DNA from: Phoronis australis
Taxonomy: Eukaryota; Animalia; Phoronida
Direction: 5' to 3'
Assembly: GCA_002633005.1 (NCBI GenBank)
Contig: NMRA01000500.1
Coordinates: forward strand, 105,058-169,057
Length of the DNA: 64,000 bases
Shown one piece after another: positions 40,046 to 53,500 of this stretch (position 1 is its first letter; every line of letters begins with the position of its first letter). The translations under genes were made by a program, and so were the position numbers. Under the pieces are notes generated by a model. It ran no database searches. It was given only the letters and a program-made list of their open reading frames with translations, and was not told where the DNA came from.

Positions 40046-40567
40046 CTCGCTGCTTCCCTGCGTGTCCGCTAATGGGTAGAGGACACGCAGGTATCATTTA
40101 ATTTCCTTCGGGAATTTTTTTACACTGGCGTTTCTGATTAGCAGGTCGAATTCGCAAAAGGTAGCACTTCACGTAAACAAACTGGCATGACTGAAGAAGG
40201 AAGGATAAACCTGGAGGTAGTTTGTGGTCTGTTGTACAGACCAATCAGTGCTTAATTGGTATATGTTCAAGAAATATGAATGGGAAAGTTGTGGTAGTGC
40301 TGTCCTGTATTCACACAGTATCAATAACTCACCGGTTAAATCGGCCAGATGTGTGTGCATTGTATTTGCTTCAAGCACGCAGCTATCAAGCATTACTACA
40401 CAAACGACATCATTTGCCGTCACGCCACTTGCATGACAAGGCTAAAAATTGTTAACAGTCCGACATTTTCTTTCTTTGCTGTAAAGCTAACCAATGACCG
40501 CCGAGGTTACATCAACCTGTGACAAAACGCGTGCTACCCACAACCGGACACGCAGGGAACCAGCGAG
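40046..40567. mobile_element. MITE with 23-bp TIRs and ~9-bp TSD
   Basis: CTCGCTGCTTCCCTGCGTGTCCG / CGGACACGCAGGGAACCAGCGAG; flanks GAAGAACAG (40037-40045) and GAAGAACAA (40568-40576). Confidence 0.8.
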
Positions 40568-41489
40568 GAAGAACAATTGATTGAAGAATTGGGAAAAAAG
40601 AACCTGGTCAATAGGTGACGCAATATATCATGGCCACTGAAGCCAATGCAAAAGATGGCAGTATAACTTAGAACGCCAATCCGTCATGAGTTGACTAAAA
40701 TTCTTATACGGTAAAACAACATTTCACAACAACTCTTTAAAGTAGCATTAACTTATTTTTCATCAAACAATGGTTGAGTGAAAGTGCAGGAGTGGTGTTT
40801 TGGTCCCCTCATGGTGTGCTGTCCGATCCCCGGGTTTCTTTTTTAAAGGTCGTGGTTCGTGTTTTTCGGGCTCGTTAGCTTTTGTGAAGGTGAGGGAGTC
40901 TATTTCGACTTCGGAATATCTGTTTTCACCGGTGTTCCCGTTTTGATGAAGCACCCTGATACCAATCCGTAATTTTTTGATCACTTTACCACAATTATGC
41001 TACAGCAAGCCGCCTCTGGTAAAAATAATAACTTTTGATTTCGACTCCTTGAGTTGGTATGTGATGTAATTAGTCTAGGCTTTTTCCTTAATCAGGTTAG
41101 AACTGAATTTTGTTTGGACTTGGCGAAAATTGACAACTTTGTTACTTGATGCCACACTCGGCACTCATATGACACGGAGACAGACCAACGTATTGCTCAT
41201 CGTGTCACCCAGGCGACAAATTTAAACTGACTTGTGAGCAGGACGAGACTGATGTTGCAACAGTTATTTACGAGAGGCATGCTTATCAACAGGTGTAGCA
41301 TACGGCTAATACTGACTATAACTAAGAACAAACAAACAAATGACTGCATTCCGCGTGCTCGAGTGGGTATCGCAGCAAACGGTGTCGCATTACCTACGAG
41401 AAGGTGGCCCAAACGTTTTCCTAGTATATAAACATACATTTTTTCCAACGATTAAAGCTGCGTCCTTCAAAACAGTTGTTGTACCGTGG

Positions 41490-41512
41490 TTAAACATCGT
41501 CAGTCAACAAAC
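41490..41512 (-). CDS. SLC28A3: Probable last coding exon of SLC28 (GLLTDDV*)
   Basis: ttgcAG acceptor; phase 1 completes the conserved IAGLL, then TAA. Confidence 0.7.
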
Positions 41513-44500
41513 CTGCAATATCAGGAAATTGTTTCATTTAAATGCAAGCATTTATAAAATGATAATATAAGTATACCAATCAAATCTTAAAGTGGTTGAC
41601 AACACTGCTCTGTTGCCCATTTCCCTGTCTGGAATTCGACAAACACGCGTTGATCCTCATGTGAGCAATCACATATAAAGCGAGATGATGCACAGAATTC
41701 AATTTTTTAATAGTGCCTTGGTTTTGTAGTATTTTGGTGATTTTAATTTTTGGTCTATGAATTATGTGTAGGTGACCATGAATATTAAGCTGTTGTGCCA
41801 AAATCAAACTGATATTCTTTACATGTATGTGATGACGTTTCTGGTTGTCATTGATCAAAACTTGATTTTTCACCTAACTTTTGAACGGTTATTGCAATCA
41901 TCAGAGTAGCGCAGCTAACAAGCTTTAACTCACCAGCGATACAAGCTGTCATGAAGCAAGCGACGTTGCCGGCAATCATGGCTCTCAGAACGATCTTTGC
42001 AAGGTCCGATTTCCGGTGCGGGGCCATTGCACCAAGGGCGCCCAGCATGATTCCAATAGAGCCCAGGTTGGCAAACCCGCAAAGGGCGTAAGTGGCTATG
42101 ACGTCAGAACGTGCCTGGAAATCAAGCAAGACCTCACGATAGTGGACTGATATGCTCCATCGAACACAATAGAGCTAATTATCAAGTGATAAATACTGTC
42201 AAGTTTAGCTGAAATACTGCAATGTTTGGCCCTAGCTAAATGTTTGAAATTATTTGGTGAATATTTACTAAATTCTGTATGGGTGTTGTTATTAGAAAAG
42301 CATGGTTGGTTTCTTTTTGTTGATCTGACCACAGTGGGACGCCTAAAGACAACTTTCTGTTGCGTACGTCTGCCTTAATATCCACCACGATCATCGATGA
42401 ATCCTCATGACGTCTGTTCTACAGTACTGTATGTGTTCCTTGTGACGACTGTCTGCACAACTGAGGATGAGTTTGGACGAATCCTATATCTTTAAAGGTA
42501 AATAAACTACGCGATGGGCGCACATAGACAGTCTCTGAACTTGTCGTTCGGTGCGACCACCGAATAAATATTATAAGGGCAAAATCTAAGCGAAATTTTC
42601 CGACAGAATAACCATTCTCGCTAGTGATTCCCCAAGGAGTCAAGAACTAACATTCTGGTTCTACTCGAGAAACACAACTAGCAAGCGAATCTGGAACCGT
42701 ACTTACAGACATAAATCCGTTCTCCAGGGTCTTGTTCTCGAAGACGAGATGGATATTATCAAATTCTCTCGTTAATCCCGTGACGTTATAGTAATTGTCG
42801 TATTGGTTCACGCCAGTGATGTTGTAGAAGGTCGTGTAGTTGAGGAAGGCATTTTTGTTTGCTATCAGCTTCCCAAGCGCATCGTAAGCCACAAATTCAT
42901 TGAGGAATGTTTTGATACCTAGAAAATGTATTATTGATGTGTTTTGCTTGAATCTTAGACCCAAATTAAAATCTAATGGACGTTTCTACAACTTAAAATA
43001 AACACAAATATGATAGAAATAAAACATTTCCCTGCAAATACATTCAGCAGCACTGGTGCATGTGTCTTGAAACTCTCACTTACCGATGAGCTCTGCCATC
43101 CGTCTACAGTCGTTGGCGTCTGTGCCCATGACGAAAGCAAAAGGCCAGAAAACATAGGAACATATCAACTGAAATAGGAGAGATAACCACATGCATCATA
43201 AGCAATTGGTGCTAGCTTGGCTGATCGCTGAACGTTGGTCTTGATAGAGACAAAGCCGAGTCTTGAAAGGCCCAAACAACTGGAACGCAAGGGATTTGTT
43301 TTTAATTTCATAAAATGGCCACTAGATAGCGAAGATGTCGAACACATCTGAACTTGGGAAGCCGTTGTAGTATCTCTTATATGATTTTTTGACAAATTTC
43401 ATGAAAATCCTCTAAGAAATGTCAAGATAAATAGCCAGGCGGTAGTCGAATTCGTTCATCTGTTGTATGACTGTTACGAATAGGCTTTCTACACTGTGAA
43501 CCAGAAGGGGTTTAGTGGATACAGCCACAGATGCAAAAATAATGTCACGGGGGGACGACGGTGGTTGGGCCTGTCTCAAAATCTACGTCAGTTGAACTAT
43601 CTTCAGTAGGAACACATCTGCCAATTTTCATCATGACGAACCTTTTAGAGTTTGGCAGGTTCAGACGCAGGCAGCAAAAAACATATTCAAATATCACTTA
43701 AATGGCCACTTGGTAGTGAAAAACTAGTAGAATTCACCCCAAATTGGACAGATGCTGTCATCTTTATAACAGAATCTTGTTCGCAAAATTCCATTAAAAA
43801 ACATGAAGAATCTCTAAAAATATAAAGACAAAGGTAAAAAAGAGAATTGTCGATAGGGAGCACACCGTTAATCAGAGCCAGTGGTGGATTTAGAGGCAGA
43901 TTTGTTGATACATGTAGTTTAAGGCAGTGACGGACCATGCTATTGCTTTTAACCACGTAATTAACTGGAAAGACGCTCGTCCTGTCGAGTCGGAAAATAA
44001 CTTGAGATCTAGACGGATTAGAGAGTGTATTTGGGTGAAAAAAGTGGCTCATTTATGAACAGAGACGATGGGAGTATAAATTGTCTAAAATTTGGAACAG
44101 TGTCATCACCTCGCCACCTAGTGTTCAATAGCTTCCGAAGATGGCTCTTGTGAGTAGCCGAAACTGTCAAGGTACAGCGTTTTTGCTTGGTTGTGTCAAT
44201 AAGAATTAATCTATGTGTTCTCTTCCAACCTTATGAAATTATTTAAGTGATATCCAACAAAGAATTCTAAAAAATACAGAGACAAACGAAAAAAAAATTG
44301 TTACTGTGGGACAACGCAGTAGTTGAGCCGGTCCAAAAGCCGTCAGGGTCTGTCTCCAGCTTCATAGGAACACATCTGCCTAATATCAATCATTATGATC
44401 CTGCAAGGGGCTTAGGAGATACGGCCACGAACGCCAGACGTAAGGACACCGGACGCTCAGACAGAGATGACGACAATACGCACCCATGTGTTGGTGCAAA

Positions 44501-47500
44501 AAAAATTCTCAATGATTATTTGGAAAATCTGGTAAATAGCTAAGACAATGGGCAATAAAATGATAAGCTATGCCACATGGAGCACATGCACATTACTATG
44601 TGAAAAACTAACGCAGCTGTGCCATAGCTGTCCGGCTTGTTTTCTAGAATGCAACAGCCCAATAGTCCTTTGGCGAGTTTATAACAATAACGCGAGATTA
44701 CGTGAGACTTAACTGTGACGTCACGGGAAGTGGGGCAAAAGCTTGTCGTTTGGCTAATTTGCCCAATACGTTATCAGAGTGTATTCTGTTATTTTCTTCC
44801 ACTTTTTGGCCGTTTAGTTCGAAAAATGCCAAACAAGCATTGCTGTTATGGCAAATGAAATTCAGATTCGCACTACAACACGTTCTATCGCGTTTTGTAC
44901 TAATTTCGTTTCGTGTATTTTAAACGGGCGATAGGCGAAATCCGCTGACTGATTAAGTTTTCACCACGTCAAAAATACATTCTACATCTAAAATTATCAC
45001 CTAAAAAGGCGCTTACTTTCTCCAGTGGTCCTTTCTGATCTAAACATATCTTCGATGAAGCATAGCTACGGGAATTCAGGTGACTTTGACGAAGAATTCT
45101 AACTCCACATTATTGTGGTTAACGTTTAACTTAAACCGCGGCGTGCGCGATAACCACAAAGTAGTTCAACTGGTCAGGTGAGTATGAGGCAAAGGCTAGC
45201 GCGAGACTGAGTGAAGCGCGAGACCTGGCGTGTGACACTCTCAAAATAACATGATAACATATCAAGTGAATTTGTAAGATTTGTGTTCCTTGGACTTATT
45301 GTTCGTGATTTCACGTAACTTCCTCAAAATGAAGCCCTGTGAGAGAAACTTGAGCGAACCGCGAGGTTTTCATGGATAGGTTCAAGTTATTTGTAGACTA
45401 AATTGTATCCAGAGTCAGGGTATGTGTTAATTAATTATAACTCCATGTGCGCATATGCATGTTTCTTTTGATTTTATTTGCTGTATTTTGAAGTGAGTAA
45501 CTTTTTATGGGGATAAACTATCGCCCCGGTATGCCTGCGCATTCAGGCCTAGACCGGGTTGAGTTCCAATTTCAGTCCGCCGTTCACAGCTTCGCACAAC
45601 ATAACAAGTTCACATTTCCTTCGCCCATTCACAGTTATTCCACGATCCATCTATTATCTTTTAAGTTGTGTTAACGTTTTAAGCGTAAAATTCACCATAA
45701 GAACTCCAGTAAAATTTAGCGTGTGTAGCAAAGACTCGGGGCCAAACAAGAGCAATATGGCGGGTTTTGCCCCTTTTCCGGTGACGTCACATTGACTAAC
45801 GAGAAACTCGCAAGTGAGCTATCGTAATTCTTCGGAGCCTAGACTCAGTATTCATGGACAGTCTAATGGCAAAAATCAGAACAAATAAAGACGACGTGCT
45901 CCAAACATGGCAGTCAGCACAAGCAAGTGAAAGACGAAAGTGAAATGAGCCGCATCGCGACATAGGTATTCACGTACGGTTTGAATTTGAATGGATTTTT
46001 AAAGATTATATTGGACTTCGCGAATTAACCTAATGAAAAAAGTGTGCGAATGTTTAATAAGTTTCTAATAAGTAATGTACTAACAGGAATATAAACACCA
46101 AAATTGTATGCCCTTATACCTATATGACTGAAGCGTGAACATAAAAAAGTGACGACTGACCTGGAATGTGAGTTCTGGAAACTCGGGCTTGATTAGGCCA
46201 ACCCTGTGTCCAAGCCATATCAATGTTTGATTGACGAATTGTAAGATCGACAAGAACGCGATCAAATTGGCGGCTATGTTGGCCACTAACTTGATGGAGG
46301 CAGATGCTCCGGCCGAGGCAGCCTCAATGATGTTCCTCTCGGTGCTTGTTAAAGAAAAAACGAGAAATCGATTCAATTAGTCTATGAAGATGCTATTGCG
46401 TCATAAATTAAAGCTTTAATTTAGATCATTTAATTTATGAAACTGATATTGAAATTGAAGATGATTTCAGGTCTTCGAAAGAACGGACTGAACACGGAAT
46501 GTTGAAATACGTCTACGACCGCACCTCAATTAGTGTGTTTCTAGGGTATTTAACATAAATTTGAACATTGGGAGCGCAGAATACGTCAGACCCGTCCTAA
46601 AGGAAGATGTTGTCTCTGTAGTTGCCAAATTCCATGAAACTACGCCAAGAAACTGCAACGATACGGAGGCAAATGCAAAAATATTGTCATTGGGCACAGC
46701 GGTAGCCGAATCCGTCCAACTGTTGTCCAATTAATAAGAATACACTTGCCAAATTGTGATATAGAAAATGGTCCATTGCTTACAACCGCAGATGCAAAAA
46801 TATCACTATGGCTCACTACAATAGTTGGACCCTTGTAAACATCTGTGTCGGTTTTTATCTTGTCAGTAAGAATACATCTGCCAATTTTGATTACCATGCT
46901 CTGATTGGTTTGGAACAAAAAGGTGCAAACAACAGAAGACTCGGAAATCACCACAATGACCAATAGTTGGCGCAGAATACGTCTAATCCATCCCAAAATG
47001 AAAGTACGCTTTTGGCTTCATGGAGAAACTTTTTCGTCAAATTTCATGAAAAAATGTCAAGGATCTTTGGTGATACAGAGGCAAACCTAAATATTAAAAT
47101 TGTAACTAGGTGGCACAGCAGCAGTCAGAGCCATCCTAAAAGTGTGGGCAGCCGTTGTCACATAAATAGGAAAACACAAAACTACAACAATCCAGCAAGG
47201 GAATCAGGGAATAAACACAAAATTCATAAAAATACAAAGTCACCACTAGGGGACGTTACAGTTTTCAAACCCATCCGAAAATAAACGTTTTGCCATGGTC
47301 TTCTGATGAGAAAGGTAACTCTTAAGTTTCATAAAGCAAATGTTTCTTCAAGCAGTTTGGCGAATAAAGAGGCGGGCCCAAAAACACGATGTCAAAATAA
47401 TGCGCAATAGCCAAAAGTTGGTGCAAAATACGTCGAATCCATCCGAAAATAAAAAAGCATTTTTGTCTCCTTAATAGAAACGATTTCGCCAAATGTCACG

Positions 47501-50500
47501 AAAATGCATTGAAATTAGGGACACATCTGTGGTCCGATTTTAAAGAAACTCCTCATATTTTGCCATATCCGTAGGAAAGCCTACCAAACTTCACTAAGAT
47601 CTTTTACTATTAAAGGCTTTAACACATACAATCAACACAAAAAGCCATTAGGAGCTATTTAGCAGTTGGCATCATCGTCTACATGTCAGCCAAATTTCAC
47701 GAGAATCCACCGTAGAACTTTAAAGACACAGAAACAATCGTAAAAAGCTATAATTGCGATTAGGGCACAGAAGTAGTCGGATAGGTCTGAAATTCCCCGT
47801 CATCCCTCGCCAGCTAATAGGAAAACATTTGCCAAATTTCAATAAGATCCTGCAATTAGGGGCTTAGAAGACATAGCGCCGGAAGTCAGACGCCCAGACA
47901 AGTATGACTGCGATATGCATCCACATTTCTAAATGTTGACGAATACAAAGGTCTGAAGGTTCACGTTTTTGTTTTGGGAGGATTTTCATTGTTCCTCGAC
48001 ATGGCATGGTTACTCAGTGCATTTACATTTTTTGCCCATAATACTGATGCCAAGGTGCTGCTTCCAGGCAGTCCGTTTCCGCATCTGGGATGTCATGTGG
48101 TATCCTCAGCTATTACGTCACAAGAAGCCAACATGTCTTGTACCAGAAAGTCATTTTATGCGCCGAACATGGTCTCAACCAATAACAAACTGTGCAGACT
48201 TTTTCAAACTCAGTTATCTAAATAGATAGTTCGTTCCTTGGACGATTTAAAGCTGCTTTAAAATAAAGAATTTTGTGAACTAAGACGGCCTTGATGTACC
48301 CATGTGATCACGACATAACCTCAAACAGACCTCAGTTATAAAGCATGTTGGGTGGCATTGCATTGAAACCAACTGTCGATTGTAATCTTTGAACGGAAGA
48401 ATATTCAAATATCAAACAGACCATAAATGGCACCCAACGTGAACGGAACTGTGATCCATTTCCACACGTCCTGCAAATACGGGTATAGTGGTGTCCAAGT
48501 CCCTATTTACGAACTACTAAGTGACAAAACGACAGGAGGGATATGCGATGCAAATAAGTGACCGGGTGTCGCTGGCATTGTTGAGTGTGTTCGTGCAATA
48601 AACACTTATTAGCACCGAACAAAGTCTGGGAAATTTCCCCCACCTTTTCTGCATAGTCTTTACATCCTTTACGGTAGTTCTCGATTTCTTAGTTTCCGGG
48701 TAGAAAAGTTTGGATATTGCTAAGGCGGCTGGAGCAGACATCACGGAAGCCGACAGTAGATGATTGGCGGGAACCTACAGAAAGTTCAACATGTGCTAAC
48801 AGTCAGTGACAATCACATCTGGCAATACAAATGGAAGTAGATGCTGTTCATTTTTGCTTGCCAAGATACAGGCCTAACATAGTAAGTCCGAAGACAAACT
48901 ACATTAACTAGAGATTATAAACTGGAATTTAAGGAGCAGAAATATTGCGCAAACCCAGGAGTTTCAATTTGAAAATTGTATGCAGCTACAGTTTAAGACT
49001 TTTACTCAAGTTATGTTAATAGTAACATAAAAACGTTTGCAAAACAATGTTCTTAGAGCATTACCCCAAACAGGATGTATGCAGCTAAGACACTTCCGGC
49101 GATAGTGGCGTAACCTCCCGTCATGACTGCGTGTAACTCTGAATTTGTCATGTCCTGAATCAGTGGTCTGATCATGAGGGGAGCTTCACTCTGAAACGAA
49201 GTATTAAATGACTAGTGCAATTAATTCCCGAATTAAACCATCACTTTTAAAGACGGACTTCTTGTGTACGACGTTGTTAATACACGAGCGTCAATTGCAA
49301 TCTGCTCTGTTCAAAACTTTCCCTCTGACACAGCGCCACCTATACTGAAAAGTGGCCCTGTGGAAACATGATGAACGACACACAGAATTCCGTGTGTGAG
49401 CATCAATGTGCATGCTTATTTGGACGTTTATCTTTGACATCGTTACCACTTGCAAACGCCTTAATTCTATGCACTGAACTCGTTTGGGCTTAGTTACAGG
49501 ATTAGGGTTTCCTTGATTTTGTTTACTTCGATCACTGCCCGTTTTAATAAATTGTAACTATTCAAGTCAAAGGTGGTCGCCATACCACGTAACAGTAAAC
49601 TGAATGGGGTTTCCGAGATTTTAACCAATGGGAATGACTGAATATTATAACGTTGGTTTCATTACTTTAACTAATGAGTGGCCCTGATAAACAACATTCC
49701 ACAATACTACCTTTCGTAGCGCTGTGCGGGAAGAGTGTATTCAAAACCTGGCTTGAAGTCCAGTAATCCTTTTCACCACTGTAAGTTAACAACTTACCAT
49801 GAGAAATGATCACAATCGGACATTGGATGGGTTCAGGCCACTCAATTCAAGTTTGGTTATTACGGGTAGGCCATTTCCGGTTGGGGTTGGCTACATTATA
49901 ATAAATCACTCTTTAACATTTGATTTCCTAACCAACAAGTGAGACCTTGACTAACCTGCCCGATAAAGATATTTCCCGCTGCGTTCAGAGACTCGGCTGC
50001 CGTCGTTCCCATGGCAGCTTGCATAACCCATGCCACTTTCTCAATGACAACTTGCATCCATCCAAGATAGTACATCATAGATATAAATGTGCTGAAGAAT
50101 ACTACAACAGGCAATACCTGCAACATTCACAGATGTGTATTAATCTTTTTATTGGAGAAGGGAGCATTACGGTTTCGAATGCTCTAAATTGCCAAGACGT
50201 TTAAACACCGTGGGTATGTGACCTGTCAGGACTGCAGGAAAATCGTACAGGGGACATTGGTGAACGTTATGTCTAATGGAAAGCAAGTCTCGGAAGGTTT
50301 TTTTCCAGGCAGTAATGGACAACGGCAGTATCGACGATTGACTGGGGGTGTTCCGTAAATGTTGGTACTTTTAACCAAATGTCATATTGCCACATTTCGA
50401 TTTTAGTTCGGGAAATGACAAATTGAACAACGACACTGGCAATAATGACGCCATGCCACGAATAAAATAAGGACCAAAGACTGACGACCAGTTCCTTGGC

Positions 50501-53500
50501 AAAGATTTCTGCGTAGGCTGCTGATACATTGATACAAAAAGTGAGAATAGAAAAGTTAAATTAATTTCCTGTACCAGTGTGCCCGATCTGTACAACCAGG
50601 AGATTTTATTCTTGAGTTCGTCCTACAACGAACCGGAAAATACATGGGCCATGCTATAGTGTTCGGTATCGTAATTACAATGAATCTGAAGAACCTTGCA
50701 ATCTGTTCGCCGGGGTCGTACCTTCGATTAACGTGCCTCACCGATCCATTCATACAAGCTTGCCATGCCTACTTACATAAGTTGACTTTCGTGATGCAGC
50801 GATGTAGCAAATGATTCAGGTACACGCATTAACGTAACAACTTACGCCATTTGAACGCATTATGGACTACTAAAAGCTTCAGCGACTCAGGCTTGACTTT
50901 CATACATTTGAATCACATAACGTCTTTAACTATCATACTTTCATATGGCTCAATGAAAATATTTTGAAAGCAAGAAGACTGACGACAGCACACCTTTTAT
51001 AGAAAATCTTGTGAATGGAAGATTTGATATTCATTTCATGGTGATAATGAACAAGCCAAAAAACACGCCAGGTGAGTGATCCAAAAGGGACTAATTATTA
51101 TTTTGTTCGCGCTGCCGATTGGATTTGGTGAATGCCGCCTCCGTGTATCAACGTGGAAAAACAGCTTGGTCATTTCGTAGTTTTCATGCACGCACCCAGG
51201 GGGACTCGGGGGGCTCGAATGAACCCCCCCCCCATTTGGCGAAGTGGGCAAAAAGGACCGCCTTAGAGAAACAAAAAGTCCGAGAAAACGAAACACAAGC
51301 CCAATAAAAGCGTGAATGCACAATTTATAGCTCTGACGGTGGTTCCCCGATTTTAGTCCCTCGTTTTTTGTTATTAAAAGGTCCACACTGTCCAAAATTC
51401 GAGCCCCCCTATATATTAGGTTGGGTGCGCGATTGGTTTTATAACGAGGCATGTCACCAAAGCTGATGACCTTCGACAAAAGAACAGACTAAACTGCCAC
51501 CTATGGGCGAATGGTTTATCACAAGATTGGCAAGGTACATCACCAGATTGGATAATGCTACATAACATATGCACTCTCTATCGTTACTTTACCTTAAACG
51601 CAAAGAAGTGGTCCAAGAATTTTTCACCAAAAACGAAGCTAGCCCCAGCGTCTGTGTGCGCGAGGAATTCACTGACTCTGTCACCCAGCCACTGAAATGC
51701 CGCGTATCCCCACGTTGTTTTAAGGATCAACAAGGCGAACACGAACTGCAGGAATAGACCCCAAATGACCGGGCGCCATTTCACCTGGGAGTATCAAGCA
51801 ACATTAGTAATCGATTTATTCAGAAATTTAACCAAACTGAAAATAATAAAACAAGACGGAGCAACACCAACAACGTTATCATTCTGTGTTAAAGCCTAAC
51901 TACAATGGAATTTTGTTATTTTAGATGTATTGTGCTAACAAGAGAGTTCCAGCGTAGCTTTAGTAAAATAAGAAAACTAAAGTCCAATTACGCAAATGTA
52001 AGCACGTCAAATGATAAGTGAAGTTGCCTTTTCTTGCCATATTGCGTCACTGCGAGATCCCAGCACAAACAACAAAAGGTTGTATTGAGTAGGGCTCTGA
52101 ATAGAACACAATTGCCTGCGGGTATTATTAGCAGGTCTATGAATTAAACGGTGATTCTCGCGGTGACGTAAACAAAAGCAAGCTAATAATCCAAACAGCT
52201 CGTTACATTTGGCAATATTAATGGCACTCGTGGGCTCAGAGCGATGCTCTTAACATACTGTAGGAACCAAATTTGTAGATGTTAAAGTTGAAGACAGGCT
52301 TAAAGGTAATAATCTGCGCTTCCTTTCAACAACTGTTTAGGTATTAATGCTATGAACACATGAATGCAAATTCTTGAGGACTACAGAATTTATGTTATGT
52401 GCCTGAAAGCAATGCCATCGAGTTCATAATCAAATTATTACGTCTTTTATAAAAACGCAAAGTTTTCACGGATATCATCACATATTCTACAAAGACTAGT
52501 TTTTGCATGAAACTTTCAGAGACTGCTTCTTTACTTTACAACGCCTGGGATTTTTCTTTGATGACCTTTGACCCAGGGTACTCTGCTGTCTAAAATGAAG
52601 ACGCCAATATTGGTGACTTAACGGATGTCTTGAGTTTTATAAGCAGTGCTTTTGGCAAAAAAGTTTAAATACTTGTACCAAAATAAATGAAATATAACAA
52701 ATAATTTTGCAGCAAGTTTCATGCAAAAATATGTCAGCTGTGAAAAATATGACGACATTGGGGAAATAACGCAACCAAAGTTATTTAATAATTTCAATCG
52801 CTGATAACAAAAGTAGCCAATCACTGAAGGCATAGTTTTCCGAAGTTGTCCAGCTTTAGCCAACTAATTACCATGTTTGAACGATGCAATGTGGGTTTGG
52901 GTTCAACAGCACTTAACTCAACTGTTCTCAATTTGTGTGTGAGTATTTCTTTCAATGTACCAATTAACACCCCATTTTATGTTGGGAAAACAACATTAAA
53001 AGTGGCTATAAACCCACTTTCCATCACAAAAACCAACTTTTAATTTAGTCCACGTGCCATTATGAAATTGGGTTTAAATTAGAGGCAATTTCAGGTTTTC
53101 AAAAGAGCTGCTAAGTCGTGAAGTGTCACATTATGTTCCGAGCATGGCGTCAAAGAATAACCAACTGACAATTCTTTGTCAGTGAGACACCATTTTGCAT
53201 CTGAGTGCGAGACAAGTTGACACTATTGCGGTAAATAATTTTTAAGTTAATAAGTTCATTTCGCTTTTAAATAGCGCTACTTCTCCCAACGAATCAGTCA
53301 CGAAATCGTCCTCACAGCCTATTTATTTCAGTTGCAAGAAGGACATCTAGAGTTTGTGAGCCGAAAGAAGCTTCAGAAAATCCAAGGAGCTGGCAAATCC
53401 ATTTTAAAATTGAACTCTTCAATTCACTAGCTGGTTACATTTCAACTGAATGTTGAAACCGATAGCAAGACTAGGTTTGTTAGGATTAATTGGTGTTTGG

